DNA from: Parvibaculaceae bacterium
Lineage (GTDB): Bacteria; Pseudomonadota; Alphaproteobacteria; RS24
Direction: 5' to 3'
Length of the DNA stretch: 64,000 nt
NCBI GenBank assembly: GCA_965219485.1
Contig: OZ244774.1
Coordinates: 503,093-567,092 of the forward strand
Position 1 is the stretch's first letter, and the number at the start of each line of letters is the position of its first letter. Made by a program: the position numbers and the translations under genes. The notes beneath the pieces are model-generated. The model did no database searches, was not told where the DNA came from, and worked only from the letters and a program-made list of their open reading frames with translations. Shown in pieces: positions 42,670-52,701 of this stretch.

Positions 42670-43578
42670 ATGCAAGAAATCGCATCCGGATTACGCTTCC
42701 CAGAAGGGCCCATCGCCATGGACGATGGTTCGGTTATTCTGGTTGAAATCGCGCGTGGCACCCTAAGCCGCGTCACGCCCAAAGGCGCCATTGAGGTTAT
42801 CGCCAACCTTGGAGGTGGCCCAAACGGCGCCGCTATTGGCCCCGATGGGGCGGTCTATGTTTGCAACAACGGTGGCTTCGATTGGGCTGAGCATAATGGC
42901 GCGCTGCATCCTGGCGACATCGCCACCGATTATTCGGGCGGGCGCATTGAGCGTGTCGACCTTGCGAACGGAAAATCGGAGGTTCTTTATACCGCTTGCG
43001 ATGGCGAGCCCTTGCGTGGCCCCAATGACATTGTGTTCGATAGATCTGGCGGCTTTTGGTTCACTGATTTGGGCAAAGGTTTTGGTCGGTTGAAAGACCG
43101 CGGCGCCGTCTATTATGCCAAAGCCGACGGCAGCTTTATTGAGCAAATGGTATTTCCTATCGAAACCCCGAACGGTATTGGCTTAAGCCCGCAAGAAGAC
43201 AAAGTCTATGTAGCCGAAACCCAAGGCGCACGCCTTTGGGGGTTTGAGTTAGAAGGGCCGGGGAAAATCAAAGGCCGAGCGCAAACCAGCCAGAAAAACT
43301 TTATCGCCTCTCCCTCGGGTTTGAATTTCTTCGACAGTCTGGCGGTCGAGGCTGATGGCACGGTTTGCGTAGCGACGATTGTTGGGGGTGGCATTTCGCG
43401 CATCCACCCCACCACAGGCGACATTCGCCATGTCGCCACCGATGATTTTATGACGACCAATATTTGCTTCGGCGGGGCGGATTTGAAAACCGCTTATATC
43501 ACGGCCTCCAGCAGCGGACGATTGTTAAAAACCGATTGGGATGCGCCGGGTCTCCCGCTTAATTTTTTAAATCTCTAG
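42670..43578 (+). CDS. SMP-30/gluconolactonase/LRE-family protein
   Basis: About 300 aa of six-bladed-propeller type sequence with EGPIAMDDG, GGPNGAA, PNDIVFD, FTD and PNGIGLSP motifs. Confidence 0.82.
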   Translation: MQEIASGLRFPEGPIAMDDGSVILVEIARGTLSRVTPKGAIEVIANLGGGPNGAAIGPDGAVYVCNNGGFDWAEHNGALHPGDIATDYSGGRIERVDLANGKSEVLYTACDGEPLRGPNDIVFDRSGGFWFTDLGKGFGRLKDRGAVYYAKADGSFIEQMVFPIETPNGIGLSPQEDKVYVAETQGARLWGFELEGPGKIKGRAQTSQKNFIASPSGLNFFDSLAVEADGTVCVATIVGGGISRIHPTTGDIRHVATDDFMTTNICFGGADLKTAYITASSSGRLLKTDWDAPGLPLNFLNL

Positions 43579-43771
43579 GCAAATATTCAGGCGAAAATTC
43601 AGGCAAAACCAAAGCCTGCCCACAATGGCGATTGCCTTGCGCGTCGACCTCTAGGCTGGTGGGGCCATAAAGCACCCAGCCATCCCGCAAAGCGTCAGAA
43701 ACGCGTTGGCAAAAATCTACATCATCGGCACCGGTTAAGTACCGATAGGCTTTCTTTTGAGTCTCACTCAT
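43559..43771 (-). CDS. DUF1737-family small protein
   Basis: 70 aa. YRYLTGADDVDFCQRVSDALRDGWVLYG...CGQALV matches the DUF1737 pattern. It lies 9 nt downstream of mrp, and its 3' end overlaps the SMP-30-like gene by 20 nt. Confidence 0.6.
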   Translation of the reverse strand: MSETQKKAYRYLTGADDVDFCQRVSDALRDGWVLYGPTSLEVDAQGNRHCGQALVLPEFSPEYLPRDLKN

Positions 43772-43780
43772 AAGTGTCTC

Positions 43781-44866
43781 CTAAACTTGGCGCATGAGGG
43801 TAGCCGCTAAATCGGTGAAAGCTTGTGCTGTTTCGCTGGCTTCCGCGGCCATGTTTTCTGGCGCACTCAGTGGCACGCCGCTTTCGCTGGCCGCTTGCAC
43901 AGCCGCATCCAGCGGCAGGGCGGCCAAATGTTTTAGCCCCAGTTGTTCCGCTAATTCAGCGCCGCCTTGGCCAAAGGGAAACAGTTTGCTGCCATCCGGC
44001 GCGTTCATATAGGCCATGTTTTCGACAAGGCCAAAAACCGGAATTTCGGTTTTCTCAAACATCACAATGGCGCGCTTCACATCCGCTGTGGCCAAGCTCG
44101 ACGGCGTGGTAACAATCAGCGCTCCCGTAACCGGAATACGCTGCGCCATGGTCAATTGAATGTCGCCGGTGCCAGGTGGCATATCTAAAATTAAAACATC
44201 TAACTCTGGCCAAGCCACATCTTCCAGCATTTGAATGAGCGCACTTTGCACCATAGGCCCGCGCCAAATCATTGCCTGTTCGGGCGACACCATATAGCCG
44301 ATGGACATGGTAAAAACACCGTGGCGTTCGATGGGAATAAGCTTCTTCTCGTCGTTCAAATCTGGTTTGCCAGCGATATTCAAAAGCTGCGGGGCGGAGG
44401 GGCCGTAGATATCAGCATCCAAAAGTCCCACGCGTTTGCCTTGTTGAGCCATCGAAATGGCAAGGTTCACAGCCACGGTAGATTTGCCTACGCCGCCTTT
44501 GCCCGAGGCCACGGCGATAACGGCACCAATTCGCTCAAAGACTTTGGGCACTTGCGTGCTGGCACTATTATGGGGGCCTTTACTGGCGGGCTTGCTTTCG
44601 GGGTTTGTAGCCGGGGCTTTATGCGCGGTCAGCACGCAAGTAACAGACAAGACGCCAGATAGCGCGCTCACGGCTTTCTCGGCTTTTTCTTTAACTTCAT
44701 CGATGCTCTCGCCGCTTAGGCCGTCCACTTCGATAGAAAACCCAATATTGCCGCCCTTAACGACAATGCCCTGCACTCGATCGCTGGCGATAAGCGATTG
44801 TGTCTCGCCGTCTGGTATGACGGTGCGGAGCGCGTCGCGAATATCTGCCTCGGTCGTTTGGCTCAT
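43781..44866 (-). CDS. apbC: Fe-S cluster carrier ATPase Mrp/ApbC/NBP35
   Basis: N-terminal DUF59-like domain, deviant Walker A SGKGGVGKST, DADIYGPS and DMPPGTGD. The start is set at ATG 44866; the track start at 44887 is GTG. Confidence 0.92.
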   Translation of the reverse strand: MSQTTEADIRDALRTVIPDGETQSLIASDRVQGIVVKGGNIGFSIEVDGLSGESIDEVKEKAEKAVSALSGVLSVTCVLTAHKAPATNPESKPASKGPHNSASTQVPKVFERIGAVIAVASGKGGVGKSTVAVNLAISMAQQGKRVGLLDADIYGPSAPQLLNIAGKPDLNDEKKLIPIERHGVFTMSIGYMVSPEQAMIWRGPMVQSALIQMLEDVAWPELDVLILDMPPGTGDIQLTMAQRIPVTGALIVTTPSSLATADVKRAIVMFEKTEIPVFGLVENMAYMNAPDGSKLFPFGQGGAELAEQLGLKHLAALPLDAAVQAASESGVPLSAPENMAAEASETAQAFTDLAATLMRQV

Positions 44867-45046
44867 GTCGAATTCTTTCTTTCGCACTTGAAAAGGGGCG
44901 TCGGCGTCCCCACATGCATACTATATGATGGCTCACGACCGAACTTTCAATGGGTTTGGTGGCGAGAGGGGTCGGCGACACTTTGTTACATTGTGATAAT
45001 CGACTGCCTAGCCTATAACGAGCTATACCTATTAGGAGGAAGTTTC

Positions 45047-46195
45047 ATGCCCTGGGATAACAAATCAGACAATCAAAACCCTTGGGGGAGCGGATCGAAT
45101 GGCGGTGGATCCAACGGTGGCGGCTCCAACGGTGGGGGGCGAGGCCCAAGCCGTGGCCCTAGCCGTGGCCCTGGTCGCGGAAATGAACCTGACCTCGACG
45201 AACTCTTGCGAGATCTAAAAGCTCGTTTCAATGGATTGATACCTGGCGCTGGCGGCGGTTCGGGCTTGCTGGTTATTCTGGCGGTATTGATTGGCGTTTG
45301 GGCAGTCAGCGGATTTTACCGCGTGGGTGCCGACGAGCAGGGCGTTGTTTTGCGCTTTGGCAAATTTCATACGCAAACCGCTCCGGGCCTGAATTATCAC
45401 CTGCCTTGGCCAATTGAGACCGCCGTAACGCCAAAGGTAACAACGGTCAATCGGGTTGATATCGGCATGCGGGCTGGCGACGATCGCCGCTCCGCTGGCG
45501 TGATGCGCGATGTGCCAGAAGAAAGCCTGATGCTGACGGGGGACGAAAACATCGTTGATGTTGATTTCTCGGTTTTCTGGGTTATCGACGATGCGCCTGA
45601 CTTCCTATTCAACATTCAAAACCCAACCGGCACCGTAAAAGCTGTGGCCGAAAGCACCATGCGCGAGATTGTGGGTCAAAACGACATTCAACCGATTTTG
45701 ACGGAACAGCGCCAAACCAACGAAGAGCAAGTTAAAGCGCTTATGCAAGCCACGCTCGACAGCTATAACGCTGGCATTGGCATCACGCAGGTGAAAATGC
45801 AAAAGGTCGATCCGCCCGCCGCGGTTATCGACGCTTTCCGCGATGTGCAAGCCGCGCGAGCCGACCAAGAACGCGCTCGCAATGAAGCCAATTCTTACGC
45901 TAACCGTGTGGTTCCAGAAGCCCAGGGTGAAGCGGTTCGCATTCGCAGAGACTCGGAAGCTTATCGGGCCCAAACGGTTGCGGAAGCCGATGGTGAAGCC
46001 ACGCGCTTTGCCTCGATTTACACCGAATATCGCGGTGCCCAAGGCGTGACGCGCCAACGAATTTTTTTGGAAACGCTAGAAAAAGTTATGGCACGCACCA
46101 ATAAAATTATCATCGAAAACACTGGCACTGGCGTCGTGCCATATCTGCCGCTCGACCAGTTGAATAGCCGCTCGATTAGCAAGGAGACAAAATAA
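45047..46195 (+). CDS. hflK: FtsH protease modulator HflK
   Basis: Gly/Ser/Asn-rich N-terminus, one TM, and an SPFH/band-7 domain (VDIGMRA..., MLTGDENIVDVDF, VIDAFRDVQAARAD). The start is set at ATG 45047, preceded by AGGAGGA. The track start at 44798 runs into the divergent mrp gene. Confidence 0.92.
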   Translation: MPWDNKSDNQNPWGSGSNGGGSNGGGSNGGGRGPSRGPSRGPGRGNEPDLDELLRDLKARFNGLIPGAGGGSGLLVILAVLIGVWAVSGFYRVGADEQGVVLRFGKFHTQTAPGLNYHLPWPIETAVTPKVTTVNRVDIGMRAGDDRRSAGVMRDVPEESLMLTGDENIVDVDFSVFWVIDDAPDFLFNIQNPTGTVKAVAESTMREIVGQNDIQPILTEQRQTNEEQVKALMQATLDSYNAGIGITQVKMQKVDPPAAVIDAFRDVQAARADQERARNEANSYANRVVPEAQGEAVRIRRDSEAYRAQTVAEADGEATRFASIYTEYRGAQGVTRQRIFLETLEKVMARTNKIIIENTGTGVVPYLPLDQLNSRSISKETK

Positions 46196-47202
46196 TGCAA
46201 CGCACAGGACTGATTGCCGTTTTCCTTCTCATCGTGCTGGGCGTAATCGCCTCGGCTACCCTATTCACCGTGCACCAAACGCAACAAGCTTTGGTGCTGC
46301 AATTCGGCGATCCGCGTCGCGTGATTACCGAGCCCGGGCTTAACTTCAAAGTGCCCTTCGTGCAAAATGTGATTTTCGTCGATAAGCGTATTCTCGATTT
46401 GGATACGCCAGCAGAAGAGCTGATTGCCTCTGACCAGAAGCGTTTGGTTGTGGATGCGTTCACCCGTTACAAAATCACCGATCCTTTGCAATTCTATAAA
46501 GCCCTACGCGATGAACGCCGGGCACGTTCGCGTCTGGCGGCGATTGTGTCTTCTTCTATGCGTTCGGTATTGGGCGAAGAAGAGTTTCAAACCGTGGTTC
46601 GCGACGAGCGTTCCAAGCTGATGACCCGCATCACCAAATTGGTCAATGAGCAAGCGGCTGATTTTGGCATTGAAATTGTCGATGTGCGTATTCGTCGTGC
46701 CGACTTGCCGCAAGCCAACAGCCAAGCGATTTATCGCCGCATGCAAACGGAACGCGAACAAGAAGCAGCTGAGTTTCGCGCACGTGGTCAAGAAGTCGGT
46801 CGTGCCATCCGCGCCCAAGCTGACAAGCAAGTGACGGTTTTAACAGCTGAAGCGACCCGCGATAGTGAAGTTATCCGCGGCCAAGGCGATGCCTGCCGGA
46901 CGCGTGTGTTTGCCCGTGTCTTTGGGCAAGACCCAGATTTCTTCGCGTTTTATCGCTCCATGCAAGCCTATACAACGGCACTGGAAGAGGGCACCACTAT
47001 GGTGATGTCGCCAGACAGTTCGTTCTTGCAGTTCATGAAAAACCCAAACAGCGTTCTTGCCCCTAGCAAACGCGGCACGGTGCAGCGCGGCAAACGCTTG
47101 GATGTCGCTAAGCTGACAGCCAAGGGTCGTTCGTTAAGCGACTCGCTTTGCCCAGAAATTGCTGCAAAGGCCAAAGCGGACGCGAAAATAGCTCTTCAGT
47201 AA
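46195..47202 (+). CDS. hflC: FtsH protease modulator HflC
   Basis: N-terminal TM plus an SPFH domain (IASDQKRLVVDAFTRYKITDP, GIEIVDVRIRRADLP). TAATG overlap with hflK. Confidence 0.92.
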   Translation: MQRTGLIAVFLLIVLGVIASATLFTVHQTQQALVLQFGDPRRVITEPGLNFKVPFVQNVIFVDKRILDLDTPAEELIASDQKRLVVDAFTRYKITDPLQFYKALRDERRARSRLAAIVSSSMRSVLGEEEFQTVVRDERSKLMTRITKLVNEQAADFGIEIVDVRIRRADLPQANSQAIYRRMQTEREQEAAEFRARGQEVGRAIRAQADKQVTVLTAEATRDSEVIRGQGDACRTRVFARVFGQDPDFFAFYRSMQAYTTALEEGTTMVMSPDSSFLQFMKNPNSVLAPSKRGTVQRGKRLDVAKLTAKGRSLSDSLCPEIAAKAKADAKIALQ

Positions 47203-47387
47203 TGCTAGAGAAAGTCTTTTTGGCTTTCGCTCTCGTGTTGGCTTTTGAGGGGGCCCTCTATGCCCTTTTTCCGACATTTTTGCGCTCTATGATGAAGCAA
47301 TTGGAACAGGTCGAGGACGCCACCTTACGACAAGGTGGGGTCATCGCTCTGGGCCTTGGGGTCGGTTTGGTCTGGCTTCTCAATTAG
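47202..47387 (+). CDS. DUF2065-family small membrane protein
   Basis: 61 aa with two TM helices (AFALVLAFEGALYALFP, GVIALGLGVGLVWLL). TAATG overlap with the hflC stop. The hflC-degP position is conserved in alphaproteobacteria. Confidence 0.7.
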   Translation: MLEKVFLAFALVLAFEGALYALFPTFLRSMMKQLEQVEDATLRQGGVIALGLGVGLVWLLN

Positions 47388-47409
47388 CAATTTTTAAGTA
47401 GGAATAATC

Positions 47410-48873
47410 ATGCAGTCTGTTCGTGCCCTTCGTTTTTCTTTGATCCTATGTTTGTTGGTTCTACCTTTATTATTGTCTCCAAGTCTGGCCCGCCCAGTGG
47501 AAGGTTTCGCAGATTTAGCCGAACGCCTGATGCCAGCTGTGGTCAATATTTCCACCTCTCAAACCGTGCAGCAGCGCAATTCGCGTGGCCCCGGCCAGCC
47601 GCCATTTGGAGACTTTTTCGAAGAGTTTTTTAACCAACGTCGTGGCCAAAACGGCGCGCCCCAGAGCCCTAATAATCAGCCACAAAGCCGCAAGGTTTCG
47701 TCGCTAGGCTCTGGTTTCGTCGTTGACCCGAACGGGATTATCATCACCAATAATCACGTCATCGAAGAAGCCGATGAGATTACCATCAACTTCTCAGACG
47801 GCAGTAAATTACCGGCTGAGATTATTGGCCGCGATCCCAAAACCGATTTGGCTGTCTTACAAGTTAAAACCAAAAAGAAATTAGCTTTCGTCCCCATGGG
47901 CGATAGCGCCAAAGCTCGCGTGGGCGACTGGGTGATTGCCATTGGCAATCCTTTCGGTCTTGGCGGCTCGCTCTCGGCGGGCGTTATTTCAGCCATCAAG
48001 CGGGACATTAATGCAGGCCCTTATGACAGTTTCATTCAAACGGATGCGGCCATTAATAAAGGCAACTCTGGTGGCCCCTTATTCAATATGAAGGGGGAGG
48101 TCATTGGCGTGAACTCGGCAATTATCTCGCCATCTGGCGGCTCCGTCGGCATTGGATTTTCTATTCCCTCGAACCTTGCGACCTCTGTCATCGCGCAATT
48201 GCGCCAATATGGCGAAACGCGTCGCGGTTGGTTGGGCGTCCGCATTCAAGAGGTGACGGACGAATTAGCCGATAGCCTATCGCTTGGAAAAGCACGTGGC
48301 GCCTTGGTTTCAGAAGTATCGCCAGGCGGCCCAGCTGAAAAAGGCGGGGTGAAAGTTGGCGATGTGATTGTGAAATTTGACAATAAGCCCGTGCCGACGA
48401 TGCGCGACTTGCCGCGCATTGTTGCTGAAACCAAGATTGATAAGCCGGTTCGCGTCGAATTAATTCGTCGCGGCCGCACTAAGCGCATTGAAATTGTGAC
48501 CGGACGCTTGCAAGAGGCGGCGCTGGATAAGAAGCCAGCCGAAACCAAAAAGCAAAAACAGCAGGACGCCAAGAGCCATGTCTATTTGGGGCTCACGTTA
48601 CAAAACATCAATCCGAAGTCGCGCCGTGATTTCGAGCTTGGCGAAAATGCCAGCGGCGCCTTGGTGATTGAGATAGATCGCTCTAGCGTGGCCTTTGAAG
48701 CGGGTATTCGCGTCGGCGATATTATTTCCGAGATTGACCAAAAGACCATTGGGTCGGCAAAAACGGCGGTCGAAGCTCTAAAAAAGGCCAAAAAGTCGGG
48801 CCGCAAATCGGTTCTGGTGTTTGTGAAATCAAGCGGTACAGTCCGCTTCCTTGCTATCCCACTCGGCAATTAG
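47410..48873 (+). CDS. degP: Periplasmic serine endoprotease DegP/HtrA (Do family, two PDZ domains)
   Basis: Signal peptide, catalytic triad contexts (TNNHV, DLAVLQV, GNSGGPL), and two PDZ-like regions (GALVSEV..GGPAEKGGVKVGDVI and GALVIEI..FEAGIRVGDII). Confidence 0.92.
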   Translation: MQSVRALRFSLILCLLVLPLLLSPSLARPVEGFADLAERLMPAVVNISTSQTVQQRNSRGPGQPPFGDFFEEFFNQRRGQNGAPQSPNNQPQSRKVSSLGSGFVVDPNGIIITNNHVIEEADEITINFSDGSKLPAEIIGRDPKTDLAVLQVKTKKKLAFVPMGDSAKARVGDWVIAIGNPFGLGGSLSAGVISAIKRDINAGPYDSFIQTDAAINKGNSGGPLFNMKGEVIGVNSAIISPSGGSVGIGFSIPSNLATSVIAQLRQYGETRRGWLGVRIQEVTDELADSLSLGKARGALVSEVSPGGPAEKGGVKVGDVIVKFDNKPVPTMRDLPRIVAETKIDKPVRVELIRRGRTKRIEIVTGRLQEAALDKKPAETKKQKQQDAKSHVYLGLTLQNINPKSRRDFELGENASGALVIEIDRSSVAFEAGIRVGDIISEIDQKTIGSAKTAVEALKKAKKSGRKSVLVFVKSSGTVRFLAIPLGN

Positions 48874-49760
48874 GCGGTTATAAATTGGCTTTCGCTATAG
48901 CCTTGTAGGTAGAGAAGGCCTGTCAGGTCGGCGTGCTGAAGCGTATATTGCGCCGCTTCGGCTACCGCTGGCTTGGCGCGAAACGCCACGCCCATGCCCG
49001 CAATTTTCAACATGGCCAAATCGTTTGAGCCATCGCCCGTCGCCAAGACGTCGTCAGGTGTGAGGCCTAGCTCTTGCGCCCAAGCGTTCAAAATCTCGGC
49101 CTTGGCGGCGCGCCCCAAAATGGGCTCGACGACCGTGCCATCCAAAATCCCATCGGTGATGTTCAGGTCATTGCACTGAAAGCGATTAAAGCCGATGCGC
49201 TGGGCAATGCGGTCTGCGAAAAAGGCGAAACCGCCGGATACCAATCCGCAAAATACGTCATTCGCCCGCAACGTAGCCAATAAGGTTTGGGCCCCGGGCA
49301 TCAGCGTCACGCCGTTATCATACAGGTCTTGCAGGGCGCTCTCGGGCATGCCTTTTAGCATGGCCACGCGTTCTTTGAGGGCGGGCTCGAAATCTAATTC
49401 GCCGCGCATGGCGCGAGTGGTGATATCCACCATCACGGCTTGCTTGTCGATAACCACCGCCAGCTCATCCAAACATTCTTGTTCGATGATGGTCGATTCT
49501 AAATCCGCGATGAGCATTTTCTTGCGCCGCTGGGTGTCGTTTACCCAATTCACATCAAAAGGCAGATCGGCCAATTGGGCGGTCAGCTCGTCATTTTGGT
49601 TGTCGAATGCATATTCGACAGCATCTTCGCTCAAGCTTTTGGCGGCGGGCAGGTCTGCAAATTGCGTGGCCATTTCCCGCAATCGTGCTGGCGTAAAATA
49701 GCCGCTATGGGGTGCGGCCGTCAGAACCAAATAAAGTGTATCATTCATTTGTTGTGTCAT
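48870..49760 (-). CDS. serB: Phosphoserine phosphatase SerB
   Basis: HAD motif I with the SerB-type context (IADLESTII.QECLDEL), SGGF, and GDGSNDLAMLKIAGMGVAF. Confidence 0.85.
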   Translation of the reverse strand: MTQQMNDTLYLVLTAAPHSGYFTPARLREMATQFADLPAAKSLSEDAVEYAFDNQNDELTAQLADLPFDVNWVNDTQRRKKMLIADLESTIIEQECLDELAVVIDKQAVMVDITTRAMRGELDFEPALKERVAMLKGMPESALQDLYDNGVTLMPGAQTLLATLRANDVFCGLVSGGFAFFADRIAQRIGFNRFQCNDLNITDGILDGTVVEPILGRAAKAEILNAWAQELGLTPDDVLATGDGSNDLAMLKIAGMGVAFRAKPAVAEAAQYTLQHADLTGLLYLQGYSESQFITA

Positions 49761-49789
49761 CTGTCCTCAACCCTGTAAGACTAACGCTT

Positions 49790-50755
49790 ATGTCTACGTC
49801 TTCGACTATATCTCCGACTGGCGAATTTTTGCCCCTTCTTATTGCAGGCTCCACCGCTAGCGGCAAGTCCGCATTGGCCTTGGCTTTAGCCAAACAGGTG
49901 AACGGGCGCATCATCAATGCCGATAGCTTACAAGTCTACGATACATTACGCCAATTAACCGCGCGCCCCAGCCTAGAAGAAGAAGCACAAGCCCCCCATG
50001 CCCTCTATGGCCATGTGGCGGCCGGCGCGCCCTATAATGTTGGCATCTGGCAAGAACAGGCTTTGGCACAAATCCAACAAGCGCAAGCGGCTGGCCAAGT
50101 TCCTATCGTGGTGGGCGGCACGGGGCTGTATTTTAAAAGCCTAACGGAAGGTCTGGTCGATTTACCTGAAATACCCCCGCGGGTTCGCGAGCATTGGCGC
50201 CAACGTCTCGAGGCAATCGGTGTGGCGGGGCTATATGCGGAGCTACAACAGAGCGACGCGCCCTTGGCAGAGCGCCTGCAGCCAACCGATAAGCAGCGCA
50301 TTTTGCGCGGGCTTGAAGTTAGGGAGGCAACAGGCACGCGCTTATCGGATTGGCAAAGAATAAAGCCGCAAGCGCCGCTGAGCCAAGCCCATAAAATTTT
50401 ACTCCTGCCCGATAGAGACTGGCTCTATGCGCGCTGCAATTTGCGTTTTGAACAGATGATGCAAGGCGAAGCTTTAGCCGAAGTAGAGGCGCTGGCGGCG
50501 CTCGAGCTTACCGCGGAGGCCACAATCCAAAAAGCGCTCGGGGTATCCGAGATTATGGGCTTTTTGAACGGCAGCCTAACCCGCGAGCAAGCCATTGAGC
50601 AGGCACAACAGGCCACACGCCGCTATGCAAAACGCCAAATGACTTGGTTTCGCAATCAAATGGTCGGTTGGGAAACTTTCCCTGAGCAAGATTACACCGA
50701 TAACCATGATAAAATCTTTTCATTTATTACCAAAAATAGCTTGACCACGACATAA
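49790..50755 (+). CDS. miaA: tRNA dimethylallyltransferase
   Basis: P-loop IAGSTASGKSALAL, INADSLQVY, PHALY and VVGGTGLYFKSL. The start is set at ATG 49790; the track start at 49712 overlaps serB. Confidence 0.92.
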   Translation: MSTSSTISPTGEFLPLLIAGSTASGKSALALALAKQVNGRIINADSLQVYDTLRQLTARPSLEEEAQAPHALYGHVAAGAPYNVGIWQEQALAQIQQAQAAGQVPIVVGGTGLYFKSLTEGLVDLPEIPPRVREHWRQRLEAIGVAGLYAELQQSDAPLAERLQPTDKQRILRGLEVREATGTRLSDWQRIKPQAPLSQAHKILLLPDRDWLYARCNLRFEQMMQGEALAEVEALAALELTAEATIQKALGVSEIMGFLNGSLTREQAIEQAQQATRRYAKRQMTWFRNQMVGWETFPEQDYTDNHDKIFSFITKNSLTTT

Positions 50756-50848
50756 TTATTGCTATTTTCGCATCTTCACGAGGCAGCGCCGAGACCGGTA
50801 TCGGTGCGCCCACTCACATTTGGAGGCGGCCTTGGCCGTTGAGATAAG

Positions 50849-52606
50849 ATGGACAAACAATTAAACGGCGCGCAAATCGTTCTGCAATCTTTGCAAGACC
50901 ATGGTGTAGAGCATATTTTTGGCTACCCTGGCGGCGCGGTTCTGCCGATTTATGATGAGATTTTTCAGCAGGAATCGATCGAACATATTCTGGTTCGCCA
51001 CGAGCAGGGCGCGACCCATGCGGCCGAAGGCTATGCCCGCTCAACCGGAAAATGCGGCGTGGTTTTGGTTACCTCTGGCCCCGGTGCCACCAATGCGGTA
51101 ACCGGCCTTACCGATGCCTTGATGGATAGTATCCCCATGGTTTGCATCACCGGCCAGGTGCCCACGCATCTCATTGGCGGCGACGCGTTTCAAGAGGCCG
51201 ACACCGTTGGCATCACGCGCCCCTGCACCAAGCACAATTATTTGGTTAAAGACATCAACGATTTGGCGCGCATTATGCATGAGGCGTTTCAAGTGGCTAC
51301 CACGGGTCGTCCGGGCCCTGTGGTTGTTGATATTCCAAAAGATATTCAGTTCGCGCTTGGCCCTTATATGAAGCCGAAAGCGGTGAAGCACAAAAGCTAT
51401 CAACCGCAAATCAAAGGCGATATGACGGCCATCAAGCAAGCGGTTGAGCTGATTGCTAATGCCAAGAAACCCATATTTTACACCGGTGGCGGCATCATCA
51501 ACTCTGGCCCACATGCCAGCCAATTGCTACGCGAATTGGTTAAATTGACGGGTTTCCCAATCACCTCAACGCTTATGGGGCTGGGCAGTTACCCGTCCGC
51601 AGACAAGCAATGGTTGGGTATGTTGGGTATGCACGGCACTTATGAAGCCAATTGGGCGATGCATGATTGCGACCTGATGATTAACATCGGCGCGCGCTTT
51701 GATGACCGTATCACCGGCGTTTTGGATAAGTTTTCGCCGAACTCGAAGAAAATCCATGTCGACATCGACCCTTCTAGCATCAATAAAAATGTCATGGTGG
51801 ATGTCGCCATTGTTGGGGATTGCGCGCATGTTTTAGAAGACATGCTGCGGGTCTATAAATCGGATGCGGTGACGCCAGACAAAAAAGCATTGGCAAGCTG
51901 GTGGAGCGAGATTGAAGCTTGGCGGGATAGAAAATGCTTGTCGTATAAAAAAGACGCTAAGGCCATCAAGCCGCAATATGCGGTCGAGCGCTTATATGAG
52001 CTGACCAAAGACGCCGACACTTACATCACCACCGAAGTGGGCCAGCACCAAATGTGGGCGGCCCAATATTATCGTTTTGAAGACCCCAATCGCTGGATGA
52101 CCTCAGGCGGCTTGGGCACGATGGGCTATGGCATTCCGGCCGCGGTTGGCGTGCAAGTGGCGCATCCTAAAAGTTTGGTTATCGACATTGCCGGCGAGGC
52201 CTCGGTGCAAATGACCATGCAGGAGATATCTACGGCGGTGCAATATCGTTTGCCGATTAAGATTTTCATCCTGAATAATGAATATATGGGCATGGTGCGC
52301 CAATGGCAGGAACTGCTGCATGGCGGACGCTACTCCAGCTCCTATTCGGAGGCGCTGCCTGATTTTGTTAAATTGGCTGAAGCCTATGGCGCCACGGGTA
52401 TTCGTGCCGAAACACCTGCTGAATTAGATGATGCGATTAAGCGCATGATCGATACACCAGGCCCGGTTATTTTTGATTGTATCGTGACCAAAGATGAAAA
52501 CTGCTTCCCGATGATTCCATCCGGCGCGGCGCATAATGAAATGCTTCTCGCCGATAGCGAAGGCTTGGATATTGAAGTCTCGGAGGCGGGGAAAACTCTG
52601 GTTTAA
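50849..52606 (+). CDS. ilvI: Acetolactate synthase (AHAS) large subunit
   Basis: ThDP-enzyme motifs GYPGGAVLPIYD, TSGPGATN and GGLGTMGYGIPAAVG, and a DIAGEASVQMTMQE...NN ThDP-binding fold. Confidence 0.95.
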   Translation: MDKQLNGAQIVLQSLQDHGVEHIFGYPGGAVLPIYDEIFQQESIEHILVRHEQGATHAAEGYARSTGKCGVVLVTSGPGATNAVTGLTDALMDSIPMVCITGQVPTHLIGGDAFQEADTVGITRPCTKHNYLVKDINDLARIMHEAFQVATTGRPGPVVVDIPKDIQFALGPYMKPKAVKHKSYQPQIKGDMTAIKQAVELIANAKKPIFYTGGGIINSGPHASQLLRELVKLTGFPITSTLMGLGSYPSADKQWLGMLGMHGTYEANWAMHDCDLMINIGARFDDRITGVLDKFSPNSKKIHVDIDPSSINKNVMVDVAIVGDCAHVLEDMLRVYKSDAVTPDKKALASWWSEIEAWRDRKCLSYKKDAKAIKPQYAVERLYELTKDADTYITTEVGQHQMWAAQYYRFEDPNRWMTSGGLGTMGYGIPAAVGVQVAHPKSLVIDIAGEASVQMTMQEISTAVQYRLPIKIFILNNEYMGMVRQWQELLHGGRYSSSYSEALPDFVKLAEAYGATGIRAETPAELDDAIKRMIDTPGPVIFDCIVTKDENCFPMIPSGAAHNEMLLADSEGLDIEVSEAGKTLV

Positions 52607-52701
52607 ATAGGGGCAAATAATCGGGCTTTTAACCACCCAGTGAGTGCGCTATAGAAAGGCGCACGAATGGGTCGAAAGGCCGATTTTTGAGAAGGTTGAA
52701 G

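Noticed and set aside
44798-45046. N-terminal extension of hflK in the ORF track; similar extensions occur for the EamA gene (2523-2705), miaA (49712-49789), thyA (41268-41315) and lipoprotein 2 (55512-55544)
   Set aside because: The extensions overlap divergent genes, RNA genes or a terminator. They lack Shine-Dalgarno support, whereas internal ATGs with good SDs give canonical N-termini.
45088-45180. Imperfect short tandem repeats encoding GSNGG x3 and GPSRG x2 at the HflK N-terminus
   Set aside because: Low-complexity Gly-rich cytoplasmic tails are common in HflK. The repeats are imperfect and I see no reason to treat them as a distinct element.
50756-50848. Possible leader peptide or attenuator upstream of ilvI
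   Set aside because: The spacer is only 93 nt, with no mini-ORF rich in Ile/Leu/Val codons and no terminator-like hairpin.
52644-52664. Hairpin GTGCGC-N9-GCGCAC between ilvI and ilvH
   Set aside because: The stem is short (6 bp) with no U-tract, and it lies between two genes that are normally co-transcribed. This is insufficient to call a regulatory element.
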